Source of the DNA: the human T2T-CHM13v2.0 reference genome, Homo sapiens
DNA: 64,000 nucleotides
NCBI RefSeq assembly: GCF_009914755.1
Contig: NC_060930.1
Direction: 5' to 3' (one strand)
Below the pieces are notes generated by a model that saw nothing but the letters and a program-made list of their open reading frames with translations, was not told the origin of the DNA and did no database searches. Below are positions 54,192-64,000 of this stretch, piece by piece (positions within the stretch are counted from its first letter, which is position 1; every line of letters begins with the position of its first letter). The translations under genes were made by a program, and so were the position numbers.

Positions 54192-54447
54192 GAATTGCTG
54201 GTAAGAAAAGTGTATCTTTAACTAGATACTGCCACACTCTTTTCCAAATTTACTGCATTCGCTTGCACTCGCAGTAGCTGTATATTAGTGTTTTTCTTGC
54301 TCTACTTAGTTGAAGTCACTGTAATGTTTCTCATTGTGATTACTATGCATGTTCTCAAACCATTTCCCTGTTTATTTCATTTTAATCTATTGATTGTATT
54401 TAAATGTATACTCTGTATTGTAGCCTCTGAAGTTATCTTAAAAACAC

Positions 54448-54450
<3 letters not shown>

Positions 54451-54502
<52 letters not shown>
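54451..54502 (+). repeat. Poly(T) run, ~52 nt
   Basis: Direct read. Confidence 0.95.
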
Positions 54503-54503
<1 letters not shown>

Positions 54504-54584
54504 TGGTGCCACTGTTTACAACCCTTCAAGCACTTCCTAATGTTGTCTTAAAAGTCAAAGCTTCTTAGACTTTCATGTTTGGTC

Positions 54585-54957
54585 TGATATGGTTTGGCTG
54601 TGTCCCCACCCAAATCTCATCTTGAACTATAGTTCCAACAACCCCCACATGTCTCAGGAGGGACCCTGTGGGAGGTAATTTAATCATGGGGGTCAGTTAC
54701 CCTCATGCTGTTCTCATGATAATGAGTTCTCACTAAATCTGATGGTTTTATAAGGGGCTTTTTCTCCTTTTGCTTGGCACTTCTCCTTGCTGCCACCATG
54801 TGAAGAAGGGCATGGTTGCTTCCCCTTCTGCCATGATTCTAACTTTCCTGAGGCCTCCCTAGCCATCCTGAACTGTGAGTCAATTAAACCTCTTTCCTTT
54901 ATAAGTTACCCAGTCTCAGATATGTCTTTATTAACAGCATGAGAAAAGACTTACACA
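54585..54957 (+). mobile_element. THE1 (MaLR) solo LTR
   Basis: TGATATGGTTTGGCTGTGTCCCCACCCAAATCTCATCTTGAA...GACTTACACA; GGTC on both flanks. Confidence 0.92.
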
Positions 54958-55374
54958 GGTCCAATGCTTAACTCTCAAATTTTATATCCCTCTCCTCCTA
55001 CATTTGAACTCATACTAAACTATTTTTAACTTCCCCCTAAAAATGAAATTTGTATGTCTCAGTTTAATCACAGTCCTGTGAATTAATGACTCCAATCCTC
55101 TCTTCCCTTAACTTTCACAAAGATAACTACTACACATTCTTCAAAAACCTATTTATGACATCCATTGTCTATAAAGCTCTCCCCAGCCTGAAGCCTATGT
55201 TAGATTTCCTTACTGTGAGGTCCATGCAACTGTCCATAGTGCTTTCCAGGCTGTATTGCCATGTTTCCATATGGAAATTCCTTCCTGGCATTTCTTGGGA
55301 AATTTATAATTTTCCAAATCGTGACAAAAATCAGTCAAGAAAGAAGGAAAATGGGGAAAGTATAATTAAAATTC

Positions 55375-55630
55375 TGCATAGGCAGAATAATGCCCCCCTC
55401 CAAGATATTCGTATTTTAATCCTCAGAACCTGTGAATCTATTACTTTGCATGGGAACAATGACTTTGCAAATGTGATTAAAGTTAGGAGTTTGAGCTAGA
55501 GAGATTATCCTGGATTATCCAGGTGAGCCTAATTTAATCACATGAATCCTTAAAAGTAAACAACCTCTCTCTGCCATTTCAGAGAGCAATTAAATGACAG
55601 AGGATTAGAAGGAAGTGACATGAGAAGGAA
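55375..55630 (+). mobile_element. MLT1 (MaLR) LTR 5' part
   Basis: GGCAGAATAATGCCCCCC...GACTTTGCAAATGTGATTAA...ATTATCCTGGATTATCCAGGTG. Confidence 0.8.
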
Positions 55631-55639
55631 CTATTTGAA

Positions 55640-57971
<2,332 letters not shown>

Positions 57972-58290
57972 AAGACATTATGCTAAGTGAAATAAGCCAG
58001 GCACAGAGAGACAAATACCATATGTTCTCACTTTTATGTGGACTCTATAATAGTTGAATTCTAGAAGTAGAGAACAGAATAGTTACCAGAGATTTAGGAG
58101 TGAGAGGAATGAAGAGATATTGTTGAAAGAGTACAATGTTTCTGTGAGACAGGAGAAATAAATGGTAATTATTAGAGGCGATGGGTATGAACTTGATTTA
58201 GTCATTCCAAATTGGATGCATATTTTAAAGCATAACTCTATACCCCATAAATGTAAGTGATTATAATCTGTCAATATTCAATATAATATA
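57972..58290 (+). mobile_element. L1MA-type 3' fragment
   Basis: GACATTATGCTAAGTGAAATAAGCCAGGCACAG...ATGTTCTCAC. Confidence 0.8.
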
Positions 58291-60159
58291 TATACACATA
58301 TATGTAATTATATACAGATACCTATAATATATAGAAAATGCATCTACTGAGACTGATTGAACCTTTACTTAAACTGGAAGCTGTAAAATTGATCAATATA
58401 AATATATATAATGATATATAAAGGTTATAGTGGGCCTATTGGGTCTTCTAATAACAACCTCTATATTTCTCCCCACTAAATAATGAGTATTAATCAGAGT
58501 GCCTAATGGAATAATTTTAGTCCAATCAATTATTTTCTTCAGCATCTAATTTTCTCATATTCCATAATGTCTTGTTTTCATGCATAACATTTTTTTCCTT
58601 CATGGCCATTATACTAAATTCTAGTTATTTTATGTGCACTTGTTCCAAGCACATTTTCTTAAATATCTGTTCCTTATCTATTGATTTCTATGGAAATTTT
58701 TATTTTCCTCCAAGATGGCATCTGGGAGTTCATATGATTGGACTATTTTTATCCTCATTGCTGTTTGTCTTCATTTGTCTTTTTCTCTGATCACTATTAT
58801 ATATATATATACACACACACACACATACATACATATATAAATATATATGTGCATATATATTTCCCAGCATTTAATACATTTAATATCCCTTAGTGGATAG
58901 GGATGACAATTTACAAATTTAAATACTTTTTTTTATAAAAGAGTCATTTTTTTCTATTGAATTTAAGCTAAAACGTGATCCCTCAGTTCTGTAGGCCATT
59001 GCACTTTCAATATAGCATTATTAAATCCAAATCATTACATAGCAATAAGCAAATAACTACACCCATAAGAAGAATGCCCATATAATTGAGCAAAAGAACA
59101 CTTTGCCCTGGAGCCTGTGCTTTCAAGGGCTCCACTATGGTCCTCTCTCTGGCCACATTCCTCCCCAAAGTACAAGGAGTTTACCAGGTCCAAGGGGATG
59201 AGGTTAGTTGGAGGTGATGCTGCTCACCCTGACCTACCACCTTTTAGATCATGCTGTAGAACATAAAGACTTAGAATTCTGTCTTCAAAGGGTTTTGAGA
59301 CTGCTTCCAGCGTCCATGGTCCTCTCCACCAGTTCTGTCTTTCATGGTGAACCACGTATACAGAGTGCACAACTAGAGGCCCTGTGGGCCAATGGGAAGC
59401 TTTTTGCTAGAGCTACAGTGGTAGACTGAGTTTCAACATATCAACAGAGGTACCCAAAATGTATACACAGAAGGCCTCTCATGGTGTGAGACCAGATCAG
59501 GGCACCGGCTCTCTCTATGTCGTCATATTCTGTGCTGGATGTTGACGGCCCAAGAATTCTAGTTCCAAACCTGAATTTCATTGAGAAGGTATATGTGTCA
59601 AAGTGAGAGAACACAGCATACTTTATTTAACAGTTTGTTAACTTGATTTATAACTTTTAAATATGCAAACATACACTATATAGGTTTTGATTATTATTCT
59701 TGCCCTAGGCCTTAAGAATGTTAAGTTTAAGACAACTGAATATTTTATTAGATATAAGAATGCAACCACATATACTCAAAAACATAAATGTCAAACTAGT
59801 AGTCCCTACTTCTAAAATATAATGAAATATTCCATTTAACATTATATTTAGAGTGGATCCCTTATGGAATCATGACATCTTTGCTGATTTAGTTACAGTT
59901 GAACTAAGTATTTTGCCTGAAATCAACACTTTATTTTTCAAAACTCCCAAGATATAGTGTGTGACAGATATGTCTTCCACTTATTTTTTTAACCTAGGCT
60001 TTATTAATAAGACAAATTATTAGTCACAAATAAAACCTTAAAAATACAGTTCAGCCTTATTTACAACTATTTAGTTGTTTACCTAAAATATCCTACATTA
60101 TACACACACAGGCGCACACACACATATTTCTAATAGAAACTATAAGAAGCAGCCTCGAC

Positions 60160-60615
60160 AAATCAAGAGGACATTATGTTACGTAAAATAAGCTAAGAAC
60201 AGAAAGTTAAACACTGCATGTTCTCACTCATACGTGGAAACTAAAAAAAAGTTGATCTCAGAGGAGGAAAAAGTAGAATGGAATATACTAGAGACAGGGA
60301 AGGGTGGGATGAGAGAAGGATAAAGAGAGATTTGTCAAGGGATACAAAATTACAGCTAGAGACAAATAAGTTCTAGTGTTCTATAGCATTGTGGGATGAC
60401 CGTAGTTGACAATAATATATAGTTTCAAATTGCTAGAAGGGGTATACTGAATGTTCCCATCACAAAGAAATAATAAATTTTGACATGATGGATATGTGAA
60501 TTACACGAATCTGTTAACTATTCATTGTATGTATCGAAATATCACTACATACCCCATAAATATGTACAATTATCACATGTCAATTTAAAAAATATAATAA
60601 TTAAGAAAAAATGCA
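60160..60615 (+). mobile_element. L1MA-type 3' fragment
   Basis: GAGGACATTATGTTA...GGATACAAAATTACAGCTAGA...CCCCATAAATATGTACAATTA plus A-rich end. Confidence 0.85.
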
Positions 60616-60781
60616 AAACATTAAATAACGGTGATAGTAGATTTGCCCTCTCAAATATTAAAACATTCGATAAATTTACATAGTTAAAATAGAGGGTAAA
60701 TGTAGAAAAATAATAAAAATTGTGATGAAATCTTGGTGATAACTTGACAGTGCTACTTTGAATATTAAGAATAGTGTAGCT

Positions 60782-61153
<372 letters not shown>

Positions 61154-63265
61154 TTAAATAAGTGTATCCTCTCTAAATGATTTGAACTTGCTTATGGATA
61201 ATCAAGGTCATAATGTTTGGGACATAAATGCCTATATACTTATACCAAAATATATCAGCAGTTACAATTAAAATGATCTTCCATATTATTTGTCATATCA
61301 GGACTATTACTATTACTATAATTACTATTTTTATTATGCTGAAGGTATATGATAAATTTTGAGATGTGATTGATGGATGCTTAGGTTTGAAGAAGCAAAA
61401 TTAGAGAAAGAGCTTAAAGGTGTCTCTGATATCTTCCTTTCTCCCTGGATATGGGCTCTGTAACTACTACATTCAAATATAATCTGGAATATCTAAGGTC
61501 CTTTCTTCACAATCTTCCACAAGGGACTGAGAATCATAATGAGACACATTAATGAAGCCTAGTTATCATCTGATAATACTGTCATTAACATTTATTATCA
61601 CATAATTAGATTGTGCATTAGCCATTTCTCAGAGCCACTTTAAAAGGAAAAAAAAATACGAGGACATATATGAGAACAAACACTGTAAGGAGTGCCTGTA
61701 TAGTGATAATGTTTCAGAGTGAATGAGACATTTTATCACCTGGCATATTAACAGTGTGAAAGGACAGGGATCATATCAACCTCTCCCCTTCTTCTCTCTA
61801 TCCTTTACATATTAGTTACTTGTTAAATCTTCTACCTTCTCAAACTGGAGCAATTATCTTAGCAATGACAGTTTTAGTGATGGGAGGAAATCATAATAGC
61901 TGTGGGTAATTGTTAGAAAGAATCAACACAGCTCTGAACTTTATAGGTCATGATATCTCTGTAGCTTGTGGGTTTAGCTGCATTTTGAAAAAGATAACTG
62001 TGTCTCCCTTAGCATCTTCCTTTTTCCTATTTTTTCTTGTAAGTTTACAAAGGTCAGATGCCAGTATGATCTAGAATAAGAGGTTTTGTGGCTGACTTTG
62101 AAAGGTTACTTTAGAGAAAAATCTCATGAAGCAGCAGTACTCCAAAGTGCTGTGGGGAATGTGGCTAAAATCTTGTTACATCCTAATGGAGCTTCTAACA
62201 CATTAGACATATAGAGCATCGGATTCCAGAATGTGTCTGAGGGATTTAGTCTCTAGTTACTAAAAGGAAACAAAGAGGCATCTCAAGGTTAGAGTTACAC
62301 TGACGAGGTCATGTTCATGGGACATCAAAGCAATGTGGAAATCAATTCTACCATCATAGCAAAGCCTGAAGTGCCTGTTTAATGATTAATTAGAATAATA
62401 ATTGAAATGCAACATAATTATGATAAAGAAGGAAATGCCAGAGGCTTCTTTTCTCCATGGACTACAATACCATAGTGAATTGGGCCTTTCAAAATCCAGA
62501 AACTTTTTATTGGCTGTTTGTTTCACGAAAGCAGAAATACTCCAGGATGTGTTTTCAGTAATTAAGGTAATCTTTATAATACGTATTTTTCTTTAGCCCA
62601 GCTGACTATCCAAATGAGTGAGTGTTTGGTGACTAATGTAAATATCTGTATGAACCAATTCCAGATATTTTAGCTGTGAATGTCTTGATAATAATTATAA
62701 TAGAGCAAAATGAGTGTTCCTCATTTTAATGTGACCTAATAACACCATATCATTTAAGACAATATTTATTTTTTAGTATAATATGAACTGGTCCTAATAC
62801 TGAGGTATGCTCATACCTTAGAGTATCAACACTAGAGAGTTATTACAATTAATGACTGGCTTTCTATTGTGTTACAGCCAGTTAAATTTTTTTTTTCAAA
62901 ATTCTCTTCTGCAAGTCATTTCTGAGGTCTTCTTGCAAACCAATTGCACAGTCATAACATCTATACAAGTATTTGCTTATTACCTTGGCCAGAAAAATCT
63001 CTTTTCAAGGCTGCTTCACAGGGTTTCTTGAGTATGCATGAGTCAACACACATGTTCATAGAGGAGAAGATTGTGCTGATTTGCTCTACACCAACGTTCT
63101 GTTAAAGGTGGAACCAAGTCACTTCTGTCACTGATCAGAACACCGCTTATAACCAAATAAAATAAAAATAAAAAATTTAAAATACTTAGCCTAGACCTGA
63201 CTGCAATATCTAACAAAACTTTCCTGGATGCTTAAGTATTAAGCGAAGTACAATACAGAAAGTGA

Positions 63266-64000
<735 letters not shown>

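Overview
Human/primate genomic DNA with no supportable protein-coding gene. The ORF track is explained by Alu, L1, LTR and microsatellite sequence. The exact tRNA-Ile-AAT and tRNA-Met-CAT sequences match, from memory and unverified, the chr6 pericentromeric tRNA cluster, which has a paralogous block at 6p22. From about 3.1 to 51.4 kb the window is a decaying head-to-tail array of a roughly 7-9 kb duplication unit. The ancestral unit carried a three-gene minus-strand tRNA cassette (Met-CAT, Ala-AGC, Val). The copies have been reshaped by deletions with microhomology or templated junctions and by Alu/L1 insertions. Foldable tRNA genes: Ile-AAT (1729-1802, +), Met-CAT (20973-21045, -) and four Ala-AGC (17107, 35158, 39921, 49064; -), of which 39921 has a damaged D-stem. 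About ten tRNA relics are visible (Met x3, Ala x2, Val x2 clear plus 3 faint, His x1). The array ends at a ~1.06 kb alternating purine-pyrimidine tract. That tract is followed by a dense LTR field (MLT2A, LTR8, THE1, MLT1, a near-complete MST-type MaLR) containing several DUX4-type motifs, and then by L1/Alu-rich DNA. I see no evidence of a new coding system. The most interesting signals are the hidden Met-Ala-Val cassette with reciprocal gene retention, the unexpected conservation of the Ala isodecoder, and an unclassified ~280 bp module with inverted termini present in both orientations.
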